Shown piece by piece: positions 14,476 through 28,007 of a DNA stretch of 64,000 bases. Position 1 is the first letter of the stretch. The number at the start of each line of letters is the position of its first letter. Under the pieces are notes generated by a model. The model was not told where the DNA came from, did not search any database, and saw only the letters and a list, made by a program, of their open reading frames with translations. Origin of the DNA: Octopus vulgaris (Eukaryota); contig OX597814.1 of the NCBI GenBank assembly GCA_951406725.2, forward strand, positions 76,260,001-76,324,000. The letters are read 5' to 3'. The translations under genes were made by a program, and so were the position numbers.

Positions 14476-15615
14476 GGGGGGGGTAATTGTAACAATATTA
14501 TTTCTTTCATGCTCTTCAAAAAATTCAATATTTACCAAAAACATATAACATGTAGCCTATAAGAAAATTTCCTCCAAACAGTATGCATAGATTCTAACAT
14601 GCCATTTGTTCCAGTATTCATATTGATTATATTATTAAACTATTGATTATATAAATATATTTTCTTATCATTCTCTATTGCTGGTTGTGGAATCTATTTT
14701 TTACATGCAATGAGGAAAAGTAAAAAGCAGATTCAATGCAAATTTGGCATAAATACTATTAAATCACTGACATACCTGTATTTAAGTTTCTACCATTACA
14801 TAGAGTGAAAGGTAGCACTCTGATTTTAAATCATCTGAGACATACCTCCCTGTGGATAGACATTATATATCACTATGGAATGATTTGACCATTGAAGTAT
14901 TTGAGCTGAGAATAGTAAACTTCACTTTTCTATGATTATCAATTTACAGTTAAATAACATATGTTCTGCTGAGAAGGACATTACATTATTTCTTAAAAAA
15001 TAGGTTTCAAAAATTTGTGATGCATTCTTGGGGATGGAGGTTATAATCATAATTTTCATAAGCCCAATTTTAATTCCAGAGGAGGATGATCTATGTAAAC
15101 TTAGTGTGTTTCTGCAATATAAAAGTAAAAGAAAAATTGTTGGCTATAAGTGACCAAGATCAAAATACCACTAAACCATTAATAAAACAAAATGTTTAGG
15201 AGTTTTCTTGCTGGCTATATGTATTTTGATGAGCACTGAGTAATTTGTAGGGATTGCAAGAAATATCACTGATGTTAGAGTTTGCCATTCAGTGTGTGTG
15301 TGTGTGTATGTGTGTGTGTGTGTGTGTGTGTGAAAATGCCAGGACCTCGATTATTTTTGTCTTTTTTTTTTCAAAATTTTCAAGTAAAAATTAGAATGCT
15401 GGGAAATACAGAATAATAGTCCATTAAGGATGGTTTGCATGGCTTATCAGGAAAAGAGAGTTTCAAATGCCCTCTATAACTGTTGAGATTGATGTAGTCT
15501 ATGTTCAGATTCTCCCGCTGTTACCTAATGTTTACATGAAATACACTGGCAGGAAGGGTATTTGAGAAGGATGATGGCTTAATATAGCAAGATTCACAAA
15601 ACTGAAGAGTGTGAG

Positions 15616-15789
15616 CAGTGCTGTCTAAGGGTTTGGGTAAATTGGGCAATTGCCCAGAGGAGTAAGCCTTACAGGTCTAAGAGCCCAGTTCTGATCCATG
15701 CATGCTGTGGCTATCCATCAATAAATAAATACTATAGGGCCCAGTACATTATTTACCCAAGGGCCTATAATGCTGCTATGGTGACCCTG
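15616..15789. mobile_element. Short hAT-like MITE
   Basis: Termini cagtgctgtc...gtgaccctg; degenerate 8-bp flanks agtgtgag/aatatgag consistent with a hAT target-site duplication; homologous to 10326-10494. Confidence 0.55.
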
Positions 15790-16562
15790 AATATGAGGCT
15801 GGAGCAGTAAGGATAGAGTAGGGGTAATGCAAGGAGGAGAAACAAGGAAGCCAAGTGATCTTGGGTGGAAATGATATATAAGTAGCTAGTCTATTAACAA
15901 TAAAATAGGCAGAGCAAAGATATAGTGTTATGGGGAAGTTGTTTCAGCTTAGATGACATTGTTATTTTGAACATATATACTACTGATAAGAATCAAACAA
16001 TCAGCTAATACATTAAGATGCTAATTATTCAGCCAGCTGTAACTTTTGCCTTTGCATTTTCTAGCTCAGTATACTATTTTATTTTGCCTATATATAAAGA
16101 TATCTTACTAGCTGCAGATATGCGCTATGTGTATTAGTTTGAACTGCTTATGTTGATATAAAGACTTTCCCTACATGTTTATTATGTTACTGTTATATAT
16201 TCCTGGTGATTGTTTACATTTATTTAGTTTGTTACTATTTAACTAAAAATAAGCTCACATACTATATTTGCTGTTGGAATCCTACCACCCCCAAAAGATG
16301 CTATATCTTCATAATGATAGTGAAACAACCATTGTGAATAACTATCACAAATAATTCAGCCTTGTCAAACATGCACACACGTATATATCATCATCATCAT
16401 CAATAGCAGCAGCACCATTCAACATCTGCTTTCCATGCTGGTATGGGTTGGATGGTTTGAGAGGAGCTGACAAGCCATGTGACTGCATCATACACACATG
16501 CTTGTGCATGTGCATGTGTATGTGTATGGATGGTCATATGTATATATATATATATGTATATA

Positions 16563-18470
16563 TTATCATCATCTTTTAATGTCTTTTGTCAATGCTGGCA
16601 TGTGTTGGACAGTTTGACCAGGGCTGGTAAGCTGAGGGGCTGCACCAGACTTCAGTTTGATTTGGCATGGTTTCTATGGCTCGATGTCATTCCTAATGCC
16701 AATCACTCCAAAAATGTTATGGCTGCCAATTACGTTACACCAGTATCTGCTTTGATTACAATTGCACTTGATTTGATGGGTTTTCTACTCAAGCACGGCA
16801 TATTACATTTATCATTGCCTCAGTGAGGCCCAACATTTAAAAGGTGCTTTTTATGTGCCACCAGCATGGGTTCCAGGCACATGAAACCAGCATCAGCCAC
16901 ATTGCCTCTGTAAGGTGCTTTTATGTGTCACCAGCACAGGTAACGATTGGGTGACACTGGCATCAGCCACAACTAGGATTTCACTTGGCTTGACAGATCT
17001 CTTCAAGCATGGCATATTGCCAAAGGTCTCGATTGCTAGTCATTGCCTTTCTGAGGCCCAGCATTTGAAGATCATGCTTCACCACCTTGCCCAGCTGTTT
17101 GCACACAGGCACCATACAGTCCACCTTTCAGTCTGAGGGAGAGGCCCTTTGTTGCCAACAGAGGTAGGAGCTCTCTGAACTTTGCCCAGCCTATTCTTAT
17201 TCTAGTAGCTACACTCTTGGAGCATCCACCTCCACTACTGACTTGGTCACCTAGATAACAGAAGCTATCAACTATCTCTAGCTTACCCTGCTGGCATTCA
17301 ATGGGATCTATTTTCTGTACATTTTTAGTGTTTATTGTACCTGTGCACCTTCCACACACAAAACCTATTTTCCCAATTAACCTTCTTCTGATACATACTC
17401 TTATGCATCCAAAGCTTACACTGGGTACATCTTATGGAATTTCTGCCTATGCCTTTCCAACAGATTGAGCAGGGGATTCATGATTTGTTTGCTTTCCTGC
17501 TTACTAAGACTTTGTTTTTTTGCTCGGTTAACTCTAAAGCCCTTCGATTCTAGACTTTGCTTCCACACCTGAAACATTTTCTCTAGTTCTGATAGTGATT
17601 CAGCAATAAGAACAAGGTCATAAGCACAGAGAAGCTCCCAGAAATAGCCCATCTTAAATTCCTCTGTTATTGCATAGAGGATCATGATGAACAAGAGAGG
17701 GGGTGGGGCTGATCGTTGGTGAGCTCCTATTTGTACCTTGAATTCATCATTATACTCATTGTCAACCCTCACCTTACTGACACCATCCCTGTATATGACT
17801 TGTACAGCTCTTACCAACCACTCATCTATCCCTAGTTTCTGCATTGACCATCAACTAAGGGATCAGAGGACCCTGTCAAAGGCTTTTTTCATGTCAACAA
17901 AAGCCAAGTATAGAGGTTAGTCATTGGCTAGGTACATCAGAAGCTGCCTTTCCAGAAATATAGCATCAGTGGTGCTTCTCTCTTGCACAAAGCCAAACTG
18001 CATCACATCTAGACTAATCCTGTCCCTAATTAATTAGGATATGACTCTCTCTGTAACTTTCATCATCTGATCCAACAATCTGATACTTCTGCAATTATTT
18101 TTATCTAAGGTATCACCTTTACCATTGTAGCAGTTGACTATGGTACTGCTACACCAGTCATTGCGTATGACTCCTTCTTGTACAACATGATTAACTACAT
18201 AGGTGACTAGACCATAACCCACACCACCAGATATTTTAAGCATCTCAGTAGTTATTCAGACAAGCTAGGGGCTTTTCCCATCTTCATATTTTTCGTGGCT
18301 TTGTCTAACATTCTATTGTCCGTTTGGATTGTGGGTCCCCTCTGTTGGATCCACACTAGGCAGAATCTCTCTCTCTCCCATGAATTCTCCACATTTAGTA
18401 GCCTTTCATAGTGGCACTTCTAAGCCTCCTTCTTTGCAGGGTTACTAACTGCCAGTGACCCATCGTCCAC
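16563..18470 (-). mobile_element. 5'-truncated RTE-clade LINE; reverse transcriptase pseudogene
   Basis: Fragments DWCSSTIVNCYNGKGD..RSIRLL, FKVQIGAHQRSAPPPLLFIMIL, ELLCAYDLVLIAES (decayed YADD) and LEIVDSFCYLGD; (GAT)n tail near 16565. Confidence 0.9.
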
Positions 18471-18669
18471 ACATATGTATATATGCATGTCCCTATGTGT
18501 GTGTGTATATACATATATTTACATCATCATCGTCATTGTTTTAATATCTACTTTTCCATGCCTGCATGGATCAAATGGAATTTGTTAGGGAAGATTTTCT
18601 ACAGCTTCTTCCCACCTGTTTTCAAATAAGTTAATATTTTCCCATGATCACACAGATTTTCATAGAAGA

Positions 18670-18961
18670 TTGGAAACAAAAGACAACACTTGAATGACAA
18701 TGACATTCACAACTATCATGTAATGTCATGGTAAGGAGACAGTAACAGACACACTCACACATACATAACTATACATATATAAATACAACTATATTATATT
18801 GGCAGTGGTAACAGCAGTAGTACCATTGCCAATATAATATAGTTGTATTTATATATGTATAGTTATGTATGTGTGAGTGTGTCTGTTACTGTCTCCTTAC
18901 CATGACATTACATGATAGTTGTGAATGTCATTGTCATTCAAGTGTTGTCTTTTGTTTCCAA
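18670..18961. repeat. Near-perfect inverted duplication, 141-bp arms, 10-bp spacer
   Basis: 18670-18810 is the reverse complement of 18821-18961, with one mismatch seen near the spacer. Confidence 0.95.
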
Positions 18962-19165
18962 AAAAAGACGTCAACAAGAAACTATGGCATTACGAACAGC
19001 CAGGAACAGTCTTCGCTACATTTGCGGTACCTGCCAGAGGGAGTGTTTGTCCAGGATAGGACTACACAGCCACAGCAGGAAATGTATCAGGACATGAAAT
19101 GTAAAAGCCGGACTAGACTATTTTATGCGCAACTCCCGAGACAAAAAGGATGCCAACAATATTAT
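18962..19165 (+). mobile_element. Short 3' fragment of a second RTE-clade LINE (C-terminal Zn finger and 3' UTR)
   Basis: YICGTCQRECLSRIGLHSHSRKC matches the CxxC...SRIGLxSH motif of RTE ORF ends. Short UTR ends cgagacaaaaggatgcc, then a simple repeat. Confidence 0.75.
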
Positions 19166-19409
19166 ATTATATATATATATATATATATGAATTTGTATTA
19201 CAAAATTCCTGATGTGAAGTCATGTGTCATATTAATTCTATTATATATTTAAATATATATATATATAAAATTGAAGTTATGCAAATTAAAAATTGCACAA
19301 AGCTTTTATAACAAAGCATTTATAACGACCCAATAAATATGTGTATATATAGATACACAAACATACACATGCACACATACATTATATACATAATATATAA
19401 ATATAAACA

Positions 19410-21000
19410 CAGATAACTTGAGGAATTGACCATGAGATTTGTTAATTGAAATACCAAAACTTAGTTTGACTGGAAACTGAAGCATCTTAAATTCAAATGG
19501 AACATCTGTAGGTATGAGTGGAATTTTTGGAATGAAATCGTTTTCTCTTTTGTGACTATCTGTTATGATTGTTGCCTGAAGGACACAGGGCTTCATGGAA
19601 GTAACAATTAAGCGAGTTCCATTACGCAGGTGAGATGGGTCAAGATTCTTAATCAATATAATGGGAGCACCCAGTTTTAGTGTCAAGTTATGCAGTGGCA
19701 TCTCAGTGGGTTTAAGTGTGTTCAGAAATTCAACAACCTGATCTTGATTGATTATCGTCAATTGATCAAAAAGTCATTTGTGATGTATCTCTTAAGTTTT
19801 GAAGAAGTTCATGACTGAGTTTATCGACCATTTCATTAGTTGGAGCCGGTATAGCTCTTTCACATAGCCAGTTTACATCAGTGTAATTGACAGATAAATT
19901 AGGAAATACTTTATCCATAAGATCCCTAAGTATCATTTGACCGCATGTAATTTCATGTGGCTGAAGTCTTGAGTTGAATGTTAATATCCCATTACCAATC
20001 TCAAGAAGCTCTGATGTTATTTGTAAGATGAAGTTTTTTCACGTCTCCAAAGGTATGGTTTTTTGAAGCATGCATTGACTTCACCAGCTTTTGATCCTTT
20101 GGGGATAACTGGCAACATTTGAAAATCTCCTGCAAGAAGAACTGTTACTCCTCCCATGAATGTGCTATTGTTTTTTATGTCTTGGAGGGTATGGTCAAGT
20201 ACCTCTGGAGCTCTACAATGTAACAGGGCACTCATCCCAAACAGTGAGGCAAGTTTATTGGAGAACTGTTGCTATTGCAGAGTTTTGGGAAATGTTGTTG
20301 CACATTTGAGATTCTTTCATTGAAAGGTTTAGAGGGAGCTTGAACATGGAATGAGCAGTTCTTCCCCCATTGAGTGGGGTAGCTGCAATACCAGAAGATG
20401 CAACACTGGAAGAAGGTTAGATTTTATTTCCTTCCATTTAGGATTGCAGGTGAAAGTAACAAAAAGATCTGATTTTCCATATGTCCTGACATATGTTGTA
20501 GCATCTTGTGTTTGTTTGTGCATATATCAAGGACCACCTGTGAATGATGATGGGAGGATTATACATTGCCCCATGTTTTGAATATCACCATCTGTCCTCA
20601 GAGCATTTTGGAGAAGAACAATTTTTAGCCCTTAACTTTTTTTGATTATTATAAATGTAGAAGAGATGCTGACTCTCAACTTTAGCATAGATATAAACAG
20701 GGTATTGCTGAAATAGATCACAATACATGTGTAATTGATTTGTTCTGGTCTTAACATCAGTTGGTAAGAACAGAAGTCATTTGACGAGACCTTTTTGTTT
20801 GTAATTGACTCCTGTTACAGGTTCAATCTGTGGAATATTGAAATGATACCCATCTTGTCCATTTCTCAAAATGAGAGGATACTGGAGATTATCATAAGAG
20901 GGATGAGTTTCTGAAACATCAGAATTTTCATGGGGATCATCCACCATAAGGATGGCTACTCCATTAGATGTGGGCTCATTAAAATGGTGTAAAATGTCCT
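19410..21000 (-). mobile_element. Internally deleted Helitron (Rep and PIF1-type helicase pseudogene)
   Basis: SETHPSYDNLQYPL; Rep motif YVRTYGKSDLFVTFTCNPKWKEI; helicase GGVTVLLAGDF-QMLPVIP and KLGAPIILIKNLD..NGTRL..QFPVKLSFGISINKSHGQ. Confidence 0.9.
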
Positions 21001-22418
21001 TTACTATAGATGTAACAAACACAGAAACACACACACACTCAGAGACATACAAACACTCATAAAGTTGATAATACTGAAAACAGCAAAACGTACACACACA
21101 AAGTTCAAGTGAAATGAAATGTAGTCATTATAGGTGCAAAACAAACTTTCTGTAGCATAGTTATGGTATAAAAACTTTTTTTAGGGAATATTTCCAAAAG
21201 AAATATTCCAGAGCTAGAAAGTCACCAATTTAGCAAAAATTACTATGTAACAAAGTACAGAAAGTCAACATTTATTTGGAACATGTACTAAATGTTATAA
21301 AATTCAGGATTGAATGTGACAGTGAAGAAAGTCAAGCTCCAAGAAAATTCAGAAGGCATAATTCAATTTTTCATACAAAAATAATTTATTATTTTACAAT
21401 TTTTAAACGAATGCTGAACAATGTGTGTATAAAGGAATATGCTGCTGTTGTAAATGTGAATGAATTTAAAACATTTGCTGTAGCAAGACATAAATCAATT
21501 TGATATCACTTGTTACATATTTTAAATGTGTAAGGTTATATGCTGTAGAATAAATACTAATGCAATAAAAAAGTTGCACAGTAGTGAATACTCACACTGA
21601 TAAAGCAGCATAGCAGGAATACGATAAGGGCGCTAGGACTGTTAAAAAAGCATTATCTTCAAACTGGTTATAAGGACTGGAATAACATTTCTGTAATTAT
21701 ATTGAAAGAGCCGCTAAGGCTTTCTACTTCACCAAGTTTCCAAATTTGTTATAATAACCAGAATGACATTTTTTTTAGATATATTTGCAAGTGTTGTGAG
21801 TGCTGACAAATCAGCCAAATCTTCATGTTGGTTATAAAAACCAGAATAATATTTCAGCATATGAGTAGTGATAATTGTTAATGCTGTTTAAACCAGAATT
21901 CTCCATGATGGAAAGGAAAATCAAAACAGTGGCACTTCAAAGTGAACGCTGTTGTCCGTTCAACATCAGGCTGCAACTAAACTAAAGTCTTTCAAAATTG
22001 GCACATTACACTGTTGGGTGGTACAGTCACATACATATACTAAGACAGACACACGTGGACATACATTCATGCACACCTCAGGCTTATCTCTGTCCCTCTC
22101 TGTGTCTATCTCTGTCTTTAGATGTGTGTGTGTGAGTTGTCACAAAAATGTATGTATACTGACAGACACATACACCCTCAATTATACACATATACTTGTC
22201 AGTTGTCGGCCTAATGTTCTTAACAAACACGCACACACACCCACACTGATAGACACATACACACTCATATAGAAAATATGATGTCATCATCTTTGTGTTA
22301 TAAAATGTCATTTACAGTAGGTGATTTATAGAAAGATTGTAATATGAAATTTTTGTAATGCAAAAAAGTAAGTGAAAATAAAGTTTAATTGATAGCCAAA
22401 ATTTACCCATCACATCCT

Positions 22419-22456
<38 letters not shown>

Positions 22457-22701
22457 CTGATCTTTTATCATTTCAGTCATTAGACTGCAGACATTTTGGG
22501 GCACCACCTTGAAGAATATTTAGTCAAACAAAGTGACCCCATTACTTTATTTATTTATTATTATTTTTTTTGTTAAGCCTGAATTTATTCTATTGGTTTC
22601 TTTTGCTGAACCACTAAGTTACAAGGGCATAAAGACACCAGCCCTGGTTGTCAAGTGATGTTAGGCGAGAGGCACATACACAATACATAGATACATATAT
22701 A

Positions 22702-23548
22702 TACAAGGTGTGGTGAATAAACTGTCATCTAACTTAAAATAACACTGACATCTCATTTTAACATATATTTACCAAAATTATACAAAAATATCTTGAAATA
22801 CTAAGGAGTATATTTATTCAATGAAATTGCCTTTAACTTCAACCACAGCCTCCAGATTTCCTGCTACTCCTCTGGACAGTCCCCTTGTTTAAGTTGGTGA
22901 ATACTGCCATAATCCTTGCCTTCAGTTCATCTTTGGTGTTACAAGGAGTTTTGTTGGTCTCTCACTCAATTGCGCCCCACACATAATAATCTAGGCGGTT
23001 GCAGTCTGGGAGGTTAGGTGGCCAGAAGTTAGGGGTAATATGGTTGCAGAAATTGTCTGACAGCCACGACTGGGTTCTCCTGCTTGCATGATATGGTTCA
23101 GAGTCCTGTTGCCAGACATAGGGTCTTCTAGCAGCCACTCTCTTCCAGGCACTTTAATGAAGGCCTCCATGTTGAGTCTGAGGCCATGTGGGAAGATTCA
23201 TGGAGGCATAGTGTCACCATCACTACTGATCACGCCAAACATCATAATGTTGACTGGATATTTGATTTTTATCACTCTCAGTACATGTCCTCGGATTGCA
23301 CTGTCATCAGATTGACACCCAAACACTCTGAAATGTTCATATTGGAGCTTCTGGCATGAATACTAAGCTGTACAGCATGTCGTTTCTAAATTTCTGACAT
23401 AGTGAATTGCGTCATGGTGCTGTTTTCTCTCAGACAGTGCCCAACTGACCCTACTATATTATGTAGTCAACAAAATCAAAGACAAACAATCTGCATGTGC
23501 GAAATTGAAAATATAAAATGGCAACAATTTATCCATTGCACCCTGTGT
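22702..23548 (-). mobile_element. Deleted Tc1/mariner-superfamily transposon (maT/DD37D-like)
   Basis: Imperfect TIRs caaggtgtggtgaataaactgtc / gcaacaatttatccattgcaccctg; minus-strand WPPNLPDCNRLDYYVWGAIE. Confidence 0.75.
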
Positions 23549-23570
23549 ATATATATATATATATATATAA

Positions 23571-23736
23571 AAGAATTTTTTGCATAATAGGATAAAAATT
23601 CAAGGCTGTATCCCTTCATCGGAGACAAGGGATATTATTAATTAATATCCTAGAAACAACTGTAAGACCTTCTATCTATAAATGCTCTAATATCTGTACA
23701 GCCTTGGTTTTTTATTTTATTATGCAAAAAATTCTT
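23571..23736. mobile_element. Penelope-like tail fragment with inverted ends and a split hammerhead
   Basis: 23571-23610 is an inverted match to 23697-23736. The plus strand has stem II-GAAA-caactg-TA-agac (23627-23668); the matching 5' half gtct-CCGATGA-agggat is on the minus strand at 23610-23626. Confidence 0.6.
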
Positions 23737-23875
23737 ATATACACACACTGACATAGAACCAACGTTGAACCCTTTATTCACAATATTACCAAATCTGGAA
23801 CTTAAAACTATGGTCAGTCTATAGCACTTATTCAGCATTACCTGACAACTTTGGGTCTCAATGACACCATTATCT

Positions 23876-23939
<64 letters not shown>

Positions 23940-23947
23940 TACACACA

Positions 23948-23987
<40 letters not shown>

Positions 23988-24158
23988 CAATGGGCTTCTT
24001 TCAGTTTCCTTGGACCAATGAGCTTTATATGTTTACTCATTGAGTTAGTGATCATGAATACTTATAAATGCTTCTAAAATATACATGGCTATCTGATGAT
24101 CAGTTGCATGAAACACTGAGTATCAGTTTGTGAAGTCTATTCTACTTCAATGAAATAC

Positions 24159-24189
<31 letters not shown>

Positions 24190-24724
24190 ATATACCCCCA
24201 CCCTCAGCCTAACCCACACCCCACCCTTGCTTTCCCCACTCTCGCCTCCCCCACCTCCCAAAACCATCTCACCACTACACCTTACACCATGATACCACAC
24301 AACACATCACATCACAACACACCACCACGCACACATCAGCACTGATCGCTTCCCAGACCCACCTTTTCACACCTACAGACACACACACACACATGTCAAG
24401 ATCACCAGCCCTCTTCCACACGCACATACAAACTCTCTTATACTCACGCATGCGCACCTTCGTTTTGAGATTACCACTACTTTATTATCTCCCTTTCTTC
24501 CTAGTTCTCCTGTGTGACCCTTCTGTCCGGCATTTGCCATGATAGATTGCTAGCCACTACACATTCTTTATTTTCTCTCCATTTTTCTTTTTGTGTTCCT
24601 TTCCTTGGAAGAGCATAGGCTCGAAATGTTAAGGACTTTTTTACTTCCCGAGCGTTATATACTAATACATCTGTTTGTTTGTCTACACCACCTGTCTTCG
24701 TATTTTGTTTTTTTTGTGAATTCT

Positions 24725-24730
<6 letters not shown>
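24190..24730 (+). mobile_element. Penelope-like 3' fragment with a degenerate minimal hammerhead (about 24595-24636)
   Basis: gagc-atag-gctc-GAAA-tg-TT-aaggac with upstream ttcctt; CUGANGA box degenerate; U-rich tail runs into (TA)n. Confidence 0.5.
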
Positions 24731-24756
<26 letters not shown>

Positions 24757-24759
<3 letters not shown>

Positions 24760-25055
24760 TGGTTAGAGTGTCAGGCTCACAACATGAGGTAGTGAGTTTG
24801 ATTCATGGACCGGGCTGGGTGTGTTGTGTTCTTGAGTGAACATTGTTCCAGTTCACTCAGCTGTAGAAATCAGTTGCGACATCACTGGTGTCAAGCTTTA
24901 CCTTTCCCTTGGATAACATTGATGGTGTGGAGAGGGGAGGCTGGTATGCATGGGTGACTGCTGGTCTTCCACAAACAATCTTACCCAGACTTGTGCCTTG
25001 GATGGGAACTTTCTAGGTGCAATCCCATGGTCCTTCATAACTGAAGGGCATCCTT
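24757..25055 (+). mobile_element. tRNA-derived SINE, family C
   Basis: Head cagtggttagagtgtc...gtttgattc, then ttgtgttcttgag...gttccagttcactcagctg. Confidence 0.65.
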
Positions 25056-25076
25056 TTATGCATACACACACACACA

Positions 25077-25329
25077 TCTTTTATCCTTTACTTGTTTCAG
25101 TCAATAGACTGCATCCATGCTGACCCACCACCTTGAAGAATTTTTAGTTGAATGAATCAAGCCCAGTACTTATTCTTAAGCCTACTACTTATTTTATTGA
25201 CCTCTGTTGCTAAACTGCTAAATTATGGGGACATAAACAAATCATTACCAGTTTCCAAGTAGTAGTTGGGGACAAACACAGACACAAAACACACACACAC
25301 ATGCACACACACACATACACAGACAGACA

Positions 25330-25368
<39 letters not shown>

Positions 25369-25536
25369 GATGGGCTTCTTTCACTTTCCATCTATTGATA
25401 CCAAATCCACTTACAAAGCTTTGGTCAGCCCAGGTCTACAGTAGAAGGTACTTGCCCAGGGAGCCACACAGTGGGACTGAACTCAGAACCATGTTGTTGG
25501 GAAGTTAACTTCTTATCACACAGCCACACCTGCACC
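25077..25536 (-). mobile_element. tRNA-derived SINE, family A
   Basis: Reverse-complement match to 4477-4896. Confidence 0.8.
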
Positions 25537-26470
25537 TATTCTCACCACACAGCCATACCAACACACTTAAAATTACACTTTCCCTCACTGACAAAGGAAG
25601 AACACAAAGACCTAGTTAGCAACATCTGGCGATCAAGTATTTCAAACTCAATAAGTTTGGCCCTTCTTCAAGGCATGAGTAGAGAGCATTCTTCTCTATG
25701 AAACTGAAACCTGAACAATAAAGTAGATGTTTCCAGCTTCTCTCCCAAATCTACTTACAAGGCTTTGGCTGGCTCAGTGCTATAATGGGCTTGTAGATGA
25801 GACACATGTTTAAGATGCACTGCAGTGAGACTGATCCTGCAAGCATGTGGTTGGAAAGTGAACTTCTTTCATAGCCATACTGTAATATATATTTTTCAAA
25901 GATAATAATGGAAATAATGCAATTTTGTAAAATATTACCCTTGAGCAACAAATACATTTCCTGTATGGAATATTATACAGGCTGTTGATACAGTGTGGAA
26001 AAAAGCTGTAAATGCAGTTTTCTTAGAATAAAACACCAGAATGTCAGAGACCAGTTAATGATAGCTATTTGTTCTTGAACTGGTGTGTGGAATGAGCACA
26101 ACTTTGAAAACTGAATAAAGAGATCAGAGAAGAGGTAAAAGCTTTCTTACTTTCCTATGCAATATCAACAGCAAACTGGAATGGGAAATCAATTAATTGT
26201 GGAAGAGAATTACTGCAATATTTACTACCATCTGTATTCAGAATTATGCTGTTTCCTAGAATGTTTTAGATATGTTAAGAAGCACATTTACAACCAAAAA
26301 TCATCATATTGTTGCAAAGAATAAATGACTAGAAAAACCTATTTGAGCAGAAAATGACATTTATTTTGCAGACACCTGGAAAGAGTTGGATCTGATTGCA
26401 AATGAAATGAGAGAAGGGGAGATGGGAAGAGAGGAGAGAGAGTGTGTATGTATGAGTGAGAGAAAGGGAC

Positions 26471-26518
<48 letters not shown>

Positions 26519-26997
26519 TGTGCATGCATGAAAAAGAGAGAGAAAGAGAGATAGAGGGAGAGAGAGAGAAAGAGAGAGAGAGAGAGAAGAGTAGGAGAGG
26601 ATTAATTTGATGAATATTGATCACCACCAAAGTCATCATGGGTATTCATAGGAAGTTACACTTCTGTTGTAAAAATATGACATAAATTATGTACAAATGT
26701 AATTTTCTTTTGAATATATCTTTAAAATATTCATAGAAGTAGCATCAATGAAACTATTGGACCATAATACACCTTTGTTTAGGATGTTTGTTATATATCA
26801 GTGTAGGAAGTTTCATCACAAAACCCTTTACTGCTAAATGTATCAAAACCATTTAAAATTAAAATTTTAAGAAGCTCTTTACATTCAGTCTTGCAAACTT
26901 ACAACAAATATACAACTTCTATGTTAAAGATAAAAAGGTAAATATCTCTGGCAACATAAAGTTATTCCATATATGTTAGGAATTCGTACATACATGT

Positions 26998-26999
26998 AT

Positions 27000-27077
<78 letters not shown>

Positions 27078-27095
27078 CATACATACATACATACA

Positions 27096-27127
<32 letters not shown>

Positions 27128-27155
27128 CATATATACACATACACATATACATACA

Positions 27156-27186
<31 letters not shown>

Positions 27187-27190
27187 GTAT
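26998..27190. repeat. Compound (TA)n/(GATA)n/(CATA)n microsatellite
   Basis: Read directly. Confidence 0.95.
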
Positions 27191-27660
27191 AAACTGAACT
27201 ACAAAAGAAACATCGCACACATACTAAATAGAAACAGGTTTATTTAACAGAATGCCATAGCATTGATTGAGAAGTGCTAATTAAGAAACTGTTCTTTCCT
27301 AATGATAAAACGTCATTTCCTGAAACATGTTTGATGTCACATGGTGTCATGTGATGACAGAGTGTCCTGGATCCAAAGAGATGAACTCAGTATCTTGTGT
27401 GACTACTGTTAGCATTGATTACTGCCAGACATCTTCTGTCACCAAACGATTGATGAATGCCATGGGGATAGCAGTCCGCACTCTGTTAAAACTTGCAATG
27501 AATTGTGCTGCAGTTGTCGACCTTGGAAGGATGTCATTTAGCCTTCTTTGGATTTTGTCCCACAGGTGTTCTATGGGGTTCAAGTCCAGACTTAGAGCAG
27601 ACCAAGACAGACCATGAACTGTCTCTGCACAAATGGGTCTGTGGTGTGTCACTATGGTCA
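27190..27660 (-). mobile_element. Tc1-like transposase C-terminal relic
   Basis: WSALSLDLNPIEHLWDKIQRRL corresponds to the Tc1 WPxxSPDLNPIEHLW motif. Confidence 0.75.
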
Positions 27661-27873
27661 GCCTAGCTGATTCCATTATATTGGTACTCTTGAGTTTCAA
27701 GTGTAATGCTAGTCATCAGCCATTTTTAATTTGGATTAAAATTCAAAATGGCATCACGCTTGAAACTCAAGAGTGCCAACAAATTTGAATCAAACTTTTG
27801 ATCTATACATGTAACTCCCAAAAGACTGGTTGAGTGCCCCTCTTTCATTTGTCCACTCACTCGTGTGTATGTA

Positions 27874-28007
<134 letters not shown>

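Noticed and set aside
21540-21960. GYKDWNNIS peptide suggestive of a hAT/TTF zinc-finger transposase relic
   Set aside because: A single short motif amid stops; no TIRs found.
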